A stretch of 64,000 bases of DNA from an uncultured Desulfobacteraceae bacterium (GTDB taxonomy: Bacteria; Desulfobacterota; Desulfobacteria; Desulfobacterales; UBA11574), in NCBI GenBank assembly GCA_964492995.1, contig CAZBOB010000003.1, positions 7,114-71,113 of the forward strand, given 5' to 3'. Positions 9,721 to 21,467 of the stretch are shown in pieces (the stretch's first letter is position 1; the number at the start of each line of letters is the position of its first letter). The notes below the pieces were generated by a model, which was not told where the DNA came from, did no database searches, and saw nothing but the letters and a program-made list of their open reading frames with translations. The position numbers and the translations under genes were made by a program.

Positions 9721-9990
9721 TTGGTTTTAACAACAAAAGACAAAAAGGAGCTGATCGAGCGGTTTAAGTTGCACGAAAACGATACCGGTTCTCCGGAAGT
9801 ACAGGTCGGACTTCTGACATACCGCATTTCTTATCTTACAGACCACTTAAAGGTTCATAAAAAAGATCATCATTCCAGAAGGGGGTTGTTAATTTTAGTC
9901 GGCAGACGGCGCAGGCTCTTAAACTACGTAAAAAATAAAGATGTAAAACGATACAGGGCAATCATCGAAACCCTGGGATTGAGAAGATAG
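9721..9990 (+). CDS. rpsO: 30S ribosomal protein S15
   Basis: 89-aa ORF with a TTG start and a GAGGAGG Shine-Dalgarno upstream. Sequence [43 protein letters not shown]. Confidence 0.95.
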   Translation: MVLTTKDKKELIERFKLHENDTGSPEVQVGLLTYRISYLTDHLKVHKKDHHSRRGLLILVGRRRRLLNYVKNKDVKRYRAIIETLGLRR

Positions 9991-10077
9991 AGGACAAATT
10001 TTATATGATCTCTTTCCCAGGAGATATAATATAGCCCGAGTTATTACATGCCTGTATTGTTCGTATAAGCAAAAGCC

Positions 10078-10116
10078 AGCCTCATAGAACCGTACCTGCA
10101 TGAGGGCTTAATTTTT
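10078..10116 (+). terminator. rpsO terminator / pnp leader hairpin
   Basis: AGCCTCAT...ATGAGGGCT stem with one bulge, followed by TAATTTTT, located between rpsO and pnp. Confidence 0.5.
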
Positions 10117-10234
10117 AGTCCTGCCATCAGCAATTGAACTTGACCTTTTGCTATTTAATGATCAGCCCAAAAAGAATTATGGAATTTGGCATACAATTAC
10201 AAATTTGAAGCTGCTTTACTTTTAGGAGACAGAT

Positions 10235-12349
10235 ATGGAAACTTTACTCAAAACTGAAATCGGTGGAAAAACACTGAGTATCGAAACCGGCAAAATCGCC
10301 AAACAGGCATCCGGTTCGGTTGTGGTTCAATATGGAGACACCATTGTACTTGTTGCAGTGGTATCTTCTCAAGAAGAACGCACCATAGATTTTTTGCCGC
10401 TTACCGTTGAATATCAGGAAAAGGGGTATGCGGCGGGCCGAATACCCGGGAATTATTTCAGGCGCGAAATCGGCAGGCCCAGCGAAAAGGAAACCCTGAC
10501 CGCCCGCCTTATAGACCGTCCCATCAGGCCGCTTTTTCCCAAAGAATACCGATGTGAAACTCAAGTTATTGCAACCGTACTCTCCATGGACCAGGAAAAT
10601 GATCCTGACATTCTGGCAATGATAGGGGCATCTGCTGCTCTTGAAATATCAGACATTCCATTTGCGGGGCCGATTGCATGTGTACGTGTCGGCCGGATAG
10701 ACGGTCAATTAAAAATCAATCCTACTGTAGACGAATACGAAAATTTGGACATCAACATCATTGTTGCCGGTTCAAAAACTGGTGTTGTAATGGTAGAAGG
10801 CGGTGGCAATATTGTTAGTGAATCTGATATGCTTGAAGCAATTTTTTTCGGCCATAAAGCCATGCAACCGCTTTTGGATATGCAAGTGAAACTCAAGGAA
10901 GTCAACGGAGTGCCGAAACGGCCCTTTATACCGCCCGAGATGGATAATGAGCTGGTCCGAAAAGTTGAACCCCAGGCATCCCCGAGGATATACGAAGCCC
11001 TCATGATACCTGAAAAAATTAAACGAAGCGCTGCACTCAGGGCAATAAAATCAGATATTATTGAACAACTCGGGGAAGATTATGTGGATCGCAGAGGCGA
11101 AGTAAACACTATATTAAATGACATACTCAAAAAAATCAGCAGGGATGTTGTTCTTAAAGAGAGGCGTCGGATTGATAAAAGAAAATTTGATGAAGTAAGG
11201 CCGATTGCATGTGAGGTCGGCATATTGCCCAGACCCCACGGCAGTGCTCTTTTTACACGTGGAGAAACCCAGGTGATATGTGTGCTGACCCTTGGGTCGG
11301 GTCGGGATGAGCAGCGTGTGGAGACGCTACTCGGTGAAGAACAGAGGCCCTTTATGCTCCATTACAATTTTCCACCGTATTCGGTAGGAGAAGTCAGACG
11401 CATCGGTGGACCGAGCCGCAGAGATATCGGTCACGGAGGGCTGTCCACCAGATCCCTAGAAAAAACCCTGCCGGATAAGGAAGAATTTGACTATACCATC
11501 CGCCTTGTTTCAGAGGTCTTAGAGTCGAACGGATCTTCATCTATGGGGACCGTATGTTCGGGTACCCTGGCGCTAATGGACGGTGGCGTTCCAATCAAAG
11601 CTCCGGTTTCCGGTATTGCCATGGGGCTTGTAAAGGAAGGAGATGATGTGGTTATCCTGTCGGATATTCTTGGGGATGAAGACCATACCGGTGATATGGA
11701 TTTTAAGGTTGCCGGCACAAAAGACGGCATAACCGCCCTCCAGATGGATATAAAAATTCATGAACTTTCCAAGGATATTATGGGAAAAGCCCTTGAACAG
11801 GCACGCGCGGGTCGGCTTCATATCCTTGACAGGATGTTAGAAGCTCTTAAGGAACCTCGTGACCAAATTTCTCCCTATGCACCGATAATAATTACGCTCA
11901 ATATTAATCCTGACAAGATCCGTGAAGTCATCGGTCCCGGAGGGAAAATCATCAGAGCAATTCAAACTGAAACCGATACTAAACTTGAGATAGATGATCA
12001 GGGCGTGGTCAAAATTGCCGCTTTTTCCCAGGAAGAAGCGGACGCCGCCGTAAAGATGATCCAAGAAATTGTAGTGGAACCCGAAGTGGGAGAAATTTAT
12101 GAGGGGACGGTTGTAAAAATCATGGATTTTGGTGCTTTTGTCCAGTTAATGCCCGGAACAGACGGTCTTGTTCACATCTCACAACTTGCCAATCGCCGGG
12201 TAAACAAAGTCTCTGATATTGTAAAGGAAGGAGATCGTATCAAAGTCAAAGTTCTTGAAATCAACAGAGACGGAAAAATCCGTCTGAGCCACAAAGCTAC
12301 TCTGGAAGAAGAAAAATATGCCGGGAAAAATGGAGCACCCCGTAAATAA
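10235..12349 (+). CDS. pnp: polyribonucleotide nucleotidyltransferase (PNPase)
   Basis: 704-aa ORF with two RNase PH-like halves, a KH region and a C-terminal S1 region ([28 protein letters not shown]). Confidence 0.97.
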   Translation: METLLKTEIGGKTLSIETGKIAKQASGSVVVQYGDTIVLVAVVSSQEERTIDFLPLTVEYQEKGYAAGRIPGNYFRREIGRPSEKETLTARLIDRPIRPLFPKEYRCETQVIATVLSMDQENDPDILAMIGASAALEISDIPFAGPIACVRVGRIDGQLKINPTVDEYENLDINIIVAGSKTGVVMVEGGGNIVSESDMLEAIFFGHKAMQPLLDMQVKLKEVNGVPKRPFIPPEMDNELVRKVEPQASPRIYEALMIPEKIKRSAALRAIKSDIIEQLGEDYVDRRGEVNTILNDILKKISRDVVLKERRRIDKRKFDEVRPIACEVGILPRPHGSALFTRGETQVICVLTLGSGRDEQRVETLLGEEQRPFMLHYNFPPYSVGEVRRIGGPSRRDIGHGGLSTRSLEKTLPDKEEFDYTIRLVSEVLESNGSSSMGTVCSGTLALMDGGVPIKAPVSGIAMGLVKEGDDVVILSDILGDEDHTGDMDFKVAGTKDGITALQMDIKIHELSKDIMGKALEQARAGRLHILDRMLEALKEPRDQISPYAPIIITLNINPDKIREVIGPGGKIIRAIQTETDTKLEIDDQGVVKIAAFSQEEADAAVKMIQEIVVEPEVGEIYEGTVVKIMDFGAFVQLMPGTDGLVHISQLANRRVNKVSDIVKEGDRIKVKVLEINRDGKIRLSHKATLEEEKYAGKNGAPRK

Positions 12350-13595
12350 AACCACCCTCAAAAACGGCATCAGGATTGTCAGTAAAAAAATGCCCCATAT
12401 TCATTCTGTATCAATGGGGGTATGGGTAAATGTCGGCGCACGGGATGAATCGTCATCCGAAAGCGGCCTTTCCCATTTTATTGAACATATGATTTTTAAG
12501 GGCACGGAAAAACGGACCGCTTTTCAGATTGCCAAGGAATTTGATTCCATCGGAGGCCAGACAAACGCTTTTACAAGTGCTGAAAATACGTGTTACCATG
12601 CAAAGGTCTTGGACACCCATCTGGAAACCATGGTCGACATTCTTTCTGATATATTTTTAAACTCCGTGTTTGATGAAAAAGAGGTTGAAAATGAACGGGC
12701 GGTTATTTTTCAGGAAATCGGCATGGTGGAAGACAGTCCGGATGAATACATTCATGTGCTTTCGGGAAGAAATTTCTGGGGGGATAATTCTCTGGGACGA
12801 TCAGTTCTCGGCACTCGTGAAAACGTTGCAGGTTTTAATTCCCATACCATTAAAAGGTTTTTTCACAAGTTATATCAACCCGAGCGTATTGTCATTTCGG
12901 CTGCAGGCAACTTGGAGCACAACCGTCTGGTCGATCTTATCGGGCCGGTCTTTGAATTTATTCGCCCGGGCAACAGCTTCCCCGAGCGTATTACCCCCCA
13001 AGGCCGCTGCAGGGTTAACCTGCATCAGAGAAACTTGGAACAGGTTCATATCTGTCTGGGGACAAAAAGCGTTTCAATAACCGACCCGCGACGGTATGCG
13101 TATTCCCTGATGAACACTATCTTCGGCGGGAACATGAGTTCAAGGCTGTTTCAGGAAATACGCGAAAAAAGAGGCCTGGCTTACTCTGTTTATTCCTTTA
13201 TCTCATCTTATGTGGACACCGGGATATTTGGGGCCTATGCAGGCGTCAATCCTAAAAACGTCCGCAAATCAACCAAACTGATTCTGAAAGAGATTTCCAG
13301 ACTTAAACAAACGCGAGTTGATCCAAACGAACTGCATGATGCCAAGGAACACACAAAGGGGAGTCTCATGCTTGCATCAGAAAGCAACAACAACCAGATG
13401 GTACGGCTGGCACAGAACGAAACTCATTTTGGACGTTATATTCCTTTGGAAGAGATTGCAAATAATATCGAATCGGTTACCCAAGACGACATCCTTCATC
13501 TGGCTGAAAGCCTTTTTCAAAAAAGACGGTTTGCACTGACCCTATTAGGACCGGTTACCCATAAGGATGATTTTAACGATATTTTAACCTTCTGA
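12318..13595 (+). CDS. M16 family (pitrilysin-like) zinc peptidase
   Basis: Inverted zinc motif [10 protein letters not shown] near the N-terminus. It overlaps the pnp 3' end. An alternative start is the ATG at 12330. Confidence 0.85.
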   Translation: MPGKMEHPVNKTTLKNGIRIVSKKMPHIHSVSMGVWVNVGARDESSSESGLSHFIEHMIFKGTEKRTAFQIAKEFDSIGGQTNAFTSAENTCYHAKVLDTHLETMVDILSDIFLNSVFDEKEVENERAVIFQEIGMVEDSPDEYIHVLSGRNFWGDNSLGRSVLGTRENVAGFNSHTIKRFFHKLYQPERIVISAAGNLEHNRLVDLIGPVFEFIRPGNSFPERITPQGRCRVNLHQRNLEQVHICLGTKSVSITDPRRYAYSLMNTIFGGNMSSRLFQEIREKRGLAYSVYSFISSYVDTGIFGAYAGVNPKNVRKSTKLILKEISRLKQTRVDPNELHDAKEHTKGSLMLASESNNNQMVRLAQNETHFGRYIPLEEIANNIESVTQDDILHLAESLFQKRRFALTLLGPVTHKDDFNDILTF

Positions 13596-13598
13596 TTT

Positions 13599-14057
13599 AT
13601 GAATATTTCTCCCTCCATCAAAGTTCATTGTTTAAGACCGGAATCGGACTCAGATATACCCCTGCCTCGCTACATGACACCCAATGCCGCCGGTATGGAC
13701 ATATGTGCGGCCATAGAAACAGATATTGTACTGGAAAAAGGTGCTGTTGCTTTGATACCCACCGGTTTTGCAGTTGCTATCCCCACAGGATTTGAAATCC
13801 AGATTCGTCCAAGGAGCGGATTGGCTGTAAATCACGGTATTGGGATTATTAATTCCCCGGGCACCATTGATGCCGATTATCGCGGAGAAGTAAAGATTGC
13901 GGTAATAAACCATGGAGAAAAGAATTATACATTTCATCGTGGCGACAGGATTGCCCAGATGGTCGTTAAAAAGGTTTATCAGGCCAAGTTAAAGGTTGTG
14001 GAACAACTCGATGAAACCGATCGCAATAGTGGCGGATTCGGGCATACAGGGCGTTAA
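13599..14057 (+). CDS. dut: dUTP diphosphatase
   Basis: 152-aa ORF with [22 protein letters not shown] and a C-terminal GGFGHTG. Confidence 0.93.
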   Translation: MNISPSIKVHCLRPESDSDIPLPRYMTPNAAGMDICAAIETDIVLEKGAVALIPTGFAVAIPTGFEIQIRPRSGLAVNHGIGIINSPGTIDADYRGEVKIAVINHGEKNYTFHRGDRIAQMVVKKVYQAKLKVVEQLDETDRNSGGFGHTGR

Positions 14058-14058
14058 G

Positions 14059-14877
14059 ATGAAAAAATCTTGGTTTTCAGAGCAGTTGCAAGCTGGACTC
14101 GATTATAACCTCGAAATATGCATATTGGCAAGCGGAAGCAGGGGGAATGCCGTTTATGTTTCCGGCGGTTCCACCTCAATCCTTATCGATGCCGGCCTTT
14201 CAGGAATCGAGATTGAACGCCGCCTTAACTCAAAAGGGCTTCATCCTGAAGATCTTGACGCCATCCTTGTATCCCATGAGCATGCCGACCATATCCAGGG
14301 GGTGGGTGTTCTTTCTCGCCGTTTTAACCTGCCGGTTTTTATTAGTTCTAAAACAGAAAAAGCCGCCGTTTCACAGCTTGGAAATGTCCGGGTGATCAAG
14401 AACTTTGAATGCGGCTCACCCTTTATGATAAATGATCTTTCCATACATCCTTTTTCCATATCCCATGATGCAGAGGATCCGTCCGGCTTTACCGTAAATC
14501 AGAACGGAACAAAAATCGGGATTGCAACAGATCTCGGCATTGCAACATCCATGGTTAAAGAGCATCTTAAAGGGTGTTCTTTGTTGATTCTGGAAGCCAA
14601 TCATGATGAGGACATGCTTATAAACGGCCCATATCCATGGCCCATAAAACAACGCATCAAGAGTAGAACCGGGCATCTGTCCAACGAGGCATCGAAAAAC
14701 CTTTTGAAAGAAGTGCAACATGACCGATTAAAATATGTAATTCTGGCTCACCTCAGCGAAACAAACAATACTCCTCAAAAAGCCCTAAGTGAAGTCGGCC
14801 GGGCAATAACCCATTGCAATGCACAACTTGATGTTGCAACTCAGGATGAATGCGGGGCGCTGCTACGTCTTAAATAG
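14059..14877 (+). CDS. MBL-fold metallo-hydrolase
   Basis: HEHADHIQG motif. The start was chosen at ATG 14059, immediately after the dut stop. The longer ORF from 13996 overlaps dut. Confidence 0.8.
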   Translation: MKKSWFSEQLQAGLDYNLEICILASGSRGNAVYVSGGSTSILIDAGLSGIEIERRLNSKGLHPEDLDAILVSHEHADHIQGVGVLSRRFNLPVFISSKTEKAAVSQLGNVRVIKNFECGSPFMINDLSIHPFSISHDAEDPSGFTVNQNGTKIGIATDLGIATSMVKEHLKGCSLLILEANHDEDMLINGPYPWPIKQRIKSRTGHLSNEASKNLLKEVQHDRLKYVILAHLSETNNTPQKALSEVGRAITHCNAQLDVATQDECGALLRLK

Positions 14878-14927
14878 TTTGGCACTATCCCGGTACCATC
14901 TCACGGATTAATTTTTAGGGTTCCAAG

Positions 14928-15530
14928 TCATTGAAGCTTTTTTTTAAGATTTTCGAGAATATTTTTATAAGACCTGATCTGTCTTAAATAGCGTTTGCCT
15001 TGCCTGCTATTCTTGTTGACTGTTAACAATCTCTTCTTCAGGGATTCAATTCGTTTTTCATAATTTCTTATTCGATGGGATAGTTGTCTTTCACGAATTC
15101 TTTCTCGGCCTGGTATTCTTGACCTTTTTAACTTTTTAAATACGAAAACTTCTGAAACAATAGCTCGATTCTTTCTTGAACCAGAATAGATTATTGCATA
15201 ATTCATACCCTTTAAAAGCCTTGACAATGTTTCTTTAAGAGAAAGACCAGATATTCTAACTGTTATTTGTTTTTTTAAAGAATTTGGGAATCTAACATAA
15301 ATACCTGTTTTATCCGCGACTTTTAAAAGCACATTTTTTAGATCAGCATCTTGTGCCGATATGGTTAGTAAATTATTTTTATAATCTATGCGAAGTTTTA
15401 GATTAGAACTCTGTGCATATATTAATGAGTTTACAGATGTGAAATAGATCAAAAAGATGAAAAGTTGTAGAAACTTGTATTTATTTGTACCTAATTTCAT
15501 TAGTGAATTTAATAAAAGGTTAAAAATCAT
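14928..15530 (-). CDS. secreted hypothetical protein with an STN-like domain and a basic coiled-coil tail
   Basis: Very AT-rich ORF with a hydrophobic N-terminus. The segment LTISAQDADLKNVLLKVADKTGIYV...ISGLSLKETLSRLLKGMNY resembles a secretin/TonB short N-terminal domain. Confidence 0.45.
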   Translation of the reverse strand: MIFNLLLNSLMKLGTNKYKFLQLFIFLIYFTSVNSLIYAQSSNLKLRIDYKNNLLTISAQDADLKNVLLKVADKTGIYVRFPNSLKKQITVRISGLSLKETLSRLLKGMNYAIIYSGSRKNRAIVSEVFVFKKLKRSRIPGRERIRERQLSHRIRNYEKRIESLKKRLLTVNKNSRQGKRYLRQIRSYKNILENLKKKLQ

Positions 15531-15715
15531 GAGATGTAACCGTCAATCAACGCTTTCTGATTGATTGAGTAAAGCTTGATCGCCGCATTTCGCGAGAGTA
15601 GGTAATTTATAAATCCGAATGTTTTTTATACCAAACGGCCATTTATTGAACATCGAGCTAAAAGTGGCAATGATGGGGTGGAGGCAATAATCAGTTATCC
15701 TGATCGAGATATTTT

Positions 15716-16144
15716 TTATACAATTTCAACAAGTTCGATATCAAAGGTTAAAGCTTGTCCAGCAAGTGGAGGGTTAGCGTCTATAGTGACCTGTTCTTGG
15801 CATATATCTGTTACTGTAGCTTGGACCGGATTACCTCTCTTTGAGCTGACTCGTATTTGAGTTCCAACAGTAAGGTCAATATTGTCCGGGATTGTGCTAC
15901 GAGGAATCTGCCAGATAAGCTCAGGATGTTTTTCTCCAAATGCTTGGTTAGACTCCAATCGGACTGTCTTTTTTTCACCAGCCGCCATACCGAGAGTAAT
16001 TTGCTGTAAGGCGGAAATGCGAATGCCCTCGCCAATTGTTAATTCCATCGGCACCTCCCCTTCAGTTGTTGCGAACTCGGTTCCGTCATCCAGCCTACCG
16101 GTTATGTGCACCTTTACTGTGTCTCCCTCTCGTGCCTTTCTCAT
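15716..16144 (-). CDS. FKBP-type peptidyl-prolyl isomerase (SlyD-like)
   Basis: Sequence GDTVKVHITGRLDDGTEFATT...DANPPLAGQALTFDIELVEI. It is a paralog of 43103-43534. The start was taken at the internal Met (MRKAREGD). Confidence 0.85.
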   Translation of the reverse strand: MRKAREGDTVKVHITGRLDDGTEFATTEGEVPMELTIGEGIRISALQQITLGMAAGEKKTVRLESNQAFGEKHPELIWQIPRSTIPDNIDLTVGTQIRVSSKRGNPVQATVTDICQEQVTIDANPPLAGQALTFDIELVEIV

Positions 16145-16592
16145 ATGGACTCCTTTAACAATTTTTTTATGGGGAGGCATATCCATCTCAGAAAAAACTC
16201 GTTTTTCTTTTTTAATACATTCTAATATAGATACATAGATCGTAAGTTGATTGTAAATAAGTAAAATTATGTATTTTAAGATCGATGATTTTGTATTTCG
16301 TGGGTCAACTTTGCTGCAGCCGCAAGTCCTAAAGTGTAAGGCTGTGGTATTCTACCGGGAATGCTTAACATATTCTCTGATTGGATTAGACGCCGGACAT
16401 TCGTTCATATTCGATTATAATTGCAGTTCTTGTTCCCTCATGCTATTCAACGAATGATATCATTTGAAAATTCCTTAAAAATTATAGCGGTTATATGATG
16501 AAATCAAATATACCCATAGGAGTATGAACCTGTATATTTCACCAAGGTATATGGGATTTCGGCTATAGTCTTTAGCATATGATCTTTCTCAG

Positions 16593-17852
16593 GTGGAGGA
16601 TTTGATGATGGCCAGAAAGCCAACCTATGAAGAATTAGAGAAAAAAGTCAAAAAATTAAAGAAAAGGGATGTAACCTATAATCAAGCGAAGCAAAGTGTA
16701 AAAAAATCCTTGGGGAAACAAGACGGGCTGAGTAAGGATAATTCTGAACCGGAAATGGCTGTTGAGGTGATCGAGCAAGACGATGTTAAGAAAAAAGCGG
16801 TTGAACAAGTATTGATAGCGGAACATATTTTCAGAAAAGCAATTGAGGATTCTATACCAGCGGGTATTGCCGGAATTGATTTGGAAGGTAACCAAATTTA
16901 TGTCAACCAGGCATTCTGTAATATGGTCGGTTGGAGTGAAGCGGAATTGTTAAAATCAAAATATCCATTCGCTTACTGGCCACAAGGAGTCATCGATTCG
17001 TTTAAAGATGATTTCCATCTGGTTATGAGCGGCAATGTACCATTGGAAGGTATCGAATTGCCATTTCGACAAAAAAACGGCAAACAATTCTGGGGTCTGG
17101 TCAACAGTTCAGACTTGCATGACAGCGACGGCAAAATCATTGGGCAGTTGATCTCGGTTGCTGATATCAGCATACAAAAACGAGTGGAGAATGCCATGCG
17201 CGATTTGTCCTCAAGGCTTGTTGATGCCCAGGAATCCGAACGGAAACTTGTATCTCAGGAACTGCATGACAGCATTGGCGGAAAACTGACGGCGATTAAA
17301 TACAGCCTTGAAAAAATGATATCCGAAATTGACCAAAGGTCGAGCGCTATGGGTCATCCTTTGGACGATTTACTTTCTATCGTTTACGACACGATAGAGG
17401 AAACGCAGCGAATTTACCGAAATTTACACCCTTCGATTTTAGATGATTTAGGACTTAAGGCTGCTATATGGAGTTTGTGTCGCGAATTTAAGGAAATTTA
17501 TTCGTGGATCGATATTGAAAGCCATGTTAGAATCCAAGAGGATCAGGTTCAGGATTCCTTAAAAATTTTAGTCTACCGGATATTGCAGGAAGCCATGAAT
17601 AATGTAGCCAAGCACAGCCATGCGGATAAAGTAAACATATCTTTAAAACAAATTGATCAGCTAATAGAGCTGATTGTTGAAGATAATGGCGTGGGATTTA
17701 ATCTAAACGAAATTCAGGAAAAAGAAAGTTATGAGCGGAATTTTGGCCTCGATAACATTAAAGAGCGCACAGAATTGTTTGGCGGGACCTTAACGATTAT
17801 ATCCGCCCCCGAAAAAGGGACCGTTATACGGGCATTGTGGAAACTTGAATAA
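16593..17852 (+). CDS. PAS-domain sensor histidine kinase (HisKA_3 / NarL-type)
   Basis: PAS-like region, then ESERKLVSQELHDSIGGKLTAIK (HisKA_3) and HATPase motifs (NNVAKHS, EDNGVGF, GGTL). Confidence 0.85.
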   Translation: MEDLMMARKPTYEELEKKVKKLKKRDVTYNQAKQSVKKSLGKQDGLSKDNSEPEMAVEVIEQDDVKKKAVEQVLIAEHIFRKAIEDSIPAGIAGIDLEGNQIYVNQAFCNMVGWSEAELLKSKYPFAYWPQGVIDSFKDDFHLVMSGNVPLEGIELPFRQKNGKQFWGLVNSSDLHDSDGKIIGQLISVADISIQKRVENAMRDLSSRLVDAQESERKLVSQELHDSIGGKLTAIKYSLEKMISEIDQRSSAMGHPLDDLLSIVYDTIEETQRIYRNLHPSILDDLGLKAAIWSLCREFKEIYSWIDIESHVRIQEDQVQDSLKILVYRILQEAMNNVAKHSHADKVNISLKQIDQLIELIVEDNGVGFNLNEIQEKESYERNFGLDNIKERTELFGGTLTIISAPEKGTVIRALWKLE

Positions 17853-17860
17853 AGTTTGAA

Positions 17861-18517
17861 CTATTTGGTAACGAGTCCTTTTTCGACGGAATAAGCCGCT
17901 AGTGCCGCTGCACTGTGCAAATTTAATTTATTCATAATGTTCGAACGGTGTTTGTCCACCGTTTTAGGGCTGATACAGAGGATATCACCAATTTCAACAC
18001 TTGAATGAGCTTCGCCCACCAGTTTCAACACCTCTTTTTCACGTTGTGTCAAGGTTTCCCAGGACGTCTTTTTCTTTATTTTTTTTCGACCTTCAAGATA
18101 TCCCTCCAAAACTTTACTGGAAATGGATGGGCTAATGTAACTTTTTCCGGAATAAATACTTTTAATTGCAGATAAAAGTTCGACGTGTGAATCCTTTTTT
18201 AAACAATATCCATCTACACCGGATTTAAATGCTTCCAGGATGTATTCTTCGGAACTGTGAAATGTCAATGCCAAGATTTTTGTTTTTGGATACTTATTTT
18301 TTATATCCTTGAGAGCGGATAGTCCGCTCATTTTCGGCATAGCAAGATCCAGCAAAACCAGATCGGGTTTGTGTTTTTCAACACATCGAATCGCCTCGAT
18401 TCCATCTCCAGCCTCAGCAACTACCTCTAAATTTTTCTCAGAATCAAGAAGAGACCGAAGCCCTTGGCGAACCAGAGTTTGGTCTTCAACAACAATAATT
18501 TTTTTAACATTTACCAT
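17861..18517 (-). CDS. LuxR/NarL family response regulator
   Basis: Receiver domain (IIVVEDQ...DLVLLDLAMP) plus a LuxR HTH (LTQREKEVLKLVGEAHSSVEIGDILCISPKTVDKHRSNIM). The start was taken at the internal Met (MVNVKK). Confidence 0.88.
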   Translation of the reverse strand: MVNVKKIIVVEDQTLVRQGLRSLLDSEKNLEVVAEAGDGIEAIRCVEKHKPDLVLLDLAMPKMSGLSALKDIKNKYPKTKILALTFHSSEEYILEAFKSGVDGYCLKKDSHVELLSAIKSIYSGKSYISPSISSKVLEGYLEGRKKIKKKTSWETLTQREKEVLKLVGEAHSSVEIGDILCISPKTVDKHRSNIMNKLNLHSAAALAAYSVEKGLVTK

Positions 18518-18766
18518 AGTGCTATTATTGGCCTTGAGATTTTGTGCCCCCTTTGCTTTAAGGGCAATCATCCATCTTACAAATTTTAGATAATCTGCAG
18601 TTAAATTGTAAAAAATAATCAAAAGTGTGAACTGAAATACATAATTTTCCCCATACACGATAAAAGTTAATTGAGTTAAGGTGGATTAAAAAAACAATGT
18701 CAAAAAAATAATTTTAGCTTACCATCCACACTACTTCTAATATAAGTGGTACCTATCGGGAACACC

Positions 18767-19144
18767 ATGTTCAAAATATTGATTGTCGAGAATGATATCA
18801 AATTGCGCCAGAAAATAAAAGCGATTTTAGAATTAAAATTTCCTTTTGTGACAGTCACGGAAGCATCCAGCGCAGAGGAGACGTTAAAACAAATCAAGCA
18901 ACACCAACCCGAATTTATCCTTATGGATATTCGCCTGGAAAAGCAAAACGGCTTGGAGCTGGTCAAAAAAATAAAATATGGATGCCCAAATTCTGTCATT
19001 ACAATTAACAGCAATTGCGACTCTCCGGAATATCGGTCTGAAGCAGCGCAAATTGGTGCAAATTATTTTCTCTCCAAAACAACAAACACTATTCAAGACT
19101 TGTTTGAACTAGTGAAGTTGGTTCATTCCGGGGGAGCCTTGTAA
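18767..19144 (+). CDS. single-domain response regulator (receiver only)
   Basis: Sequence MFKILIVENDIKLRQ...PEFILMDIRLEKQNGLELV with no output domain. Confidence 0.8.
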   Translation: MFKILIVENDIKLRQKIKAILELKFPFVTVTEASSAEETLKQIKQHQPEFILMDIRLEKQNGLELVKKIKYGCPNSVITINSNCDSPEYRSEAAQIGANYFLSKTTNTIQDLFELVKLVHSGGAL

Positions 19145-19208
19145 ATTTAAATCAAATTCATCAAGCTGTCTTTGGGCTAAGCAGTTTTGCTATTAAGGAG
19201 GACACGTT

Positions 19209-19574
19209 ATGAATCAAAAGGTCAAAATTACCTCTAAGGCAAATAAAAAAGATACTCGTGCCCTAAAATCAAAACAATTTGATATTGTCGAAATTGACGT
19301 AAATGATCTTCCGTATGTATATCAATTTAAAATATGGCAGACGAACTCAAAATCAATGTTTATACTGGTAAAGGAACCTTCAAAGATATTAAACAGCTTA
19401 AAAAAGGACGACATTACTAATATGAAATACTACAGCTCTATTTCATCAGAATCAGCCATGTTGGATACAAAAATCGAATATATCACCAAAGATGAACATG
19501 GCCGGTTTAAAGGTCACTATTTGGTAGGATTAAAAATATTGAAAAACCATAGAAATATAAAGGTAATACCCTAG
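19209..19574 (+). CDS. hypothetical protein
   Basis: 121-aa ORF with a GGAGG Shine-Dalgarno upstream. I recognise no motif. It is absent from the second copy of the downstream cassette. Confidence 0.4.
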   Translation: MNQKVKITSKANKKDTRALKSKQFDIVEIDVNDLPYVYQFKIWQTNSKSMFILVKEPSKILNSLKKDDITNMKYYSSISSESAMLDTKIEYITKDEHGRFKGHYLVGLKILKNHRNIKVIP

Positions 19575-19577
19575 GAT

Positions 19578-19862
19578 ATGACCGACGCCAGCACCTGTTA
19601 TTTCATCAAGGCCACCGGCGGGCCCATGGGTGACTGCGGTCCTACCGGACGTAAAATTATCGTTGATACTTATGGCGGTCATGGAAGCCACGGTGGCGGG
19701 TGCTTTTCCGGTAAAGATCCGTCCAAGTTTAACCGCAGCGGCATATACATGGCCCGGCACATTGCCAAAAACATCGTTGCCGCCAGCCTTGCCAAAAAAT
19801 GTGAAATCCAGATCGCCTACTCCATCGGTGTAGCAGAACCTGTCTTTGTAATGTTGTATCTA
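19578..19862 (+). pseudogene. S-adenosylmethionine synthase fragment (internal C-terminal-domain piece), in frame with the next gene
   Basis: [37 protein letters not shown]...[14 protein letters not shown] aligns with residues of the intact MetK at 32647-33816. It lacks both the N-terminal two thirds and the last ~55 residues. Confidence 0.75.
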
Positions 19863-20708
19863 ATGTATCGCTGTGTAAACGAAATTATTGGCTATAAACT
19901 GGCGGTAAAAGACGGTGAAATCGGCAAATGTGCTGACTTTCTTTTTGAAGACCGGCCCTGGATTATTCGATATGTGGTGGGCGAAACCGACGGATTTCTT
20001 AACCGACAGAAGGTGCTTATCCCCTTGGTTGAATTGGAAAAACCGAATGGTTCGACTCAGCTCTTTCATATTAATCTAACCAAACAGCAAATTGAGGAAA
20101 GCCCGCCGCTTAGTGAAGACGAACCGGTTTCACGGCAATATGAAAGAATTTCTTATCTGTATTTTGGATGGCCTGCCTATTGGGCGGGAGACGAGTTGGA
20201 AAATACCGCTTCGATGCCTTCCGGGGTATTCCGAAAGCCGGAAAATGCTCAAGATCGTTTTGACAAAAAAAGCTCTCTACGTTCCGTAAAAGAGATAACA
20301 GGATATCATGTTAATGCCACTGACGGGAAAGCCTGCAGGGTAAATGATTTTGTTGTTGACGATAACATCTGGACAATCCGCTATCTGGTGGTTGACATGG
20401 AAAACCATGTGAAAGACAAAAAGGTGCTGTTGGCGCCGGATCGGGTTAAAACTTTGGATTGGCTAAATAAAATTGTAAATGTAGATTTGAGTGCCGATTG
20501 CGTTAAAAACTGCCCCGAATTCAATCCGGTGGACCCTTTCGGCCCTGATCTCGATTCGATGACATCCTGTTCTAATTGGACCAAGGAATACATCGAAAAC
20601 ATAGAAAGGGAGAATCTTCTGTTAAAACTGAGCATTAAAAAATATAAAAAACAACTCGAATATTACAAAGTTAAAATTAATAATATGATTAACAATTCAA
20701 AAAATTAG
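19863..20708 (+). CDS. PRC-barrel domain protein with C-terminal coiled coil (cassette copy 1)
   Basis: It has two segments of the type IIGYKL..KDGEIGK..DFLFED..W.IRYVV and ITGYHV.ATDGKA..V.DFVVDD.IW.IRYLVV. It is colinear with 38243-39085. Confidence 0.7.
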   Translation: MYRCVNEIIGYKLAVKDGEIGKCADFLFEDRPWIIRYVVGETDGFLNRQKVLIPLVELEKPNGSTQLFHINLTKQQIEESPPLSEDEPVSRQYERISYLYFGWPAYWAGDELENTASMPSGVFRKPENAQDRFDKKSSLRSVKEITGYHVNATDGKACRVNDFVVDDNIWTIRYLVVDMENHVKDKKVLLAPDRVKTLDWLNKIVNVDLSADCVKNCPEFNPVDPFGPDLDSMTSCSNWTKEYIENIERENLLLKLSIKKYKKQLEYYKVKINNMINNSKN

Positions 20709-20887
20709 CATCACTTATAGAAAGGACAACACGTGACCTGGATGTATGCTCACGATATGGAGATGAAAAGTTTTCCGTTATATATATATATCGATTCCGA
20801 GTAAATTATTATTATAAACACAAAAACTATAACACAATGATTTTTAACAGATAAATATGAACAATCGGTTTATAAGGGGGAAAGATA

Positions 20888-21427
20888 ATGAGCAAAATAG
20901 AATGTGCAAGATGTGATCAAGAAGTTGAAGAATCTAAAACTGAAATCATAGAATATGTCACCTACTGTGTAAATTGTGCCAAGCAGTTAAGACAGGAGGA
21001 AAAAGAAAAAAAACAAAAAGCAAAACAAGAAGAACATAATAAAATAAGAGAAAGGGAATATATTGAAAAAGAAATTAAAGCTATTACTAAAAAAGATACT
21101 AAGCATATCCTTGTAACCACCACAAATAATATCGAAGTTAAGAGAATCGGTGAATATATTAATGTCATATCCGTTCAGGAATACAAATATAATCCGTATA
21201 TTGCCGAAGAAGATGGTCGAGATGAGAAAACAGTCGCTGAAAAAGACAATAGGGAATGTATGGAAAAAGCGCTCTTTAAAATAAAAAAACAAGCATATTT
21301 ATTAGGAGCTGATGCTGTGATCGGTATAAGAATATACAGCAATTTCGATTATGATACCAAGGGAGGGAAGATATTTGCCATAATGACAAAAATAAATATA
21401 TCTGGAACAGCTGTCAGATTGATTTAA
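20888..21427 (+). CDS. zinc-ribbon / YbjQ (UPF0145, DUF74)-like protein (cassette copy 1)
   Basis: N-terminal CARCDQ...YCVNC, a Lys/Glu linker, then a YbjQ-like core (ILVTTT...KRIGEYI..., LLGADAVIGIRI..., SGTAVRL). It is a paralog of 39197-39739. Confidence 0.7.
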   Translation: MSKIECARCDQEVEESKTEIIEYVTYCVNCAKQLRQEEKEKKQKAKQEEHNKIREREYIEKEIKAITKKDTKHILVTTTNNIEVKRIGEYINVISVQEYKYNPYIAEEDGRDEKTVAEKDNRECMEKALFKIKKQAYLLGADAVIGIRIYSNFDYDTKGGKIFAIMTKINISGTAVRLI

Positions 21428-21467
21428 TAAAGTTCGAGTAAATAAGGTTGACAAGGATGTTGATAAA

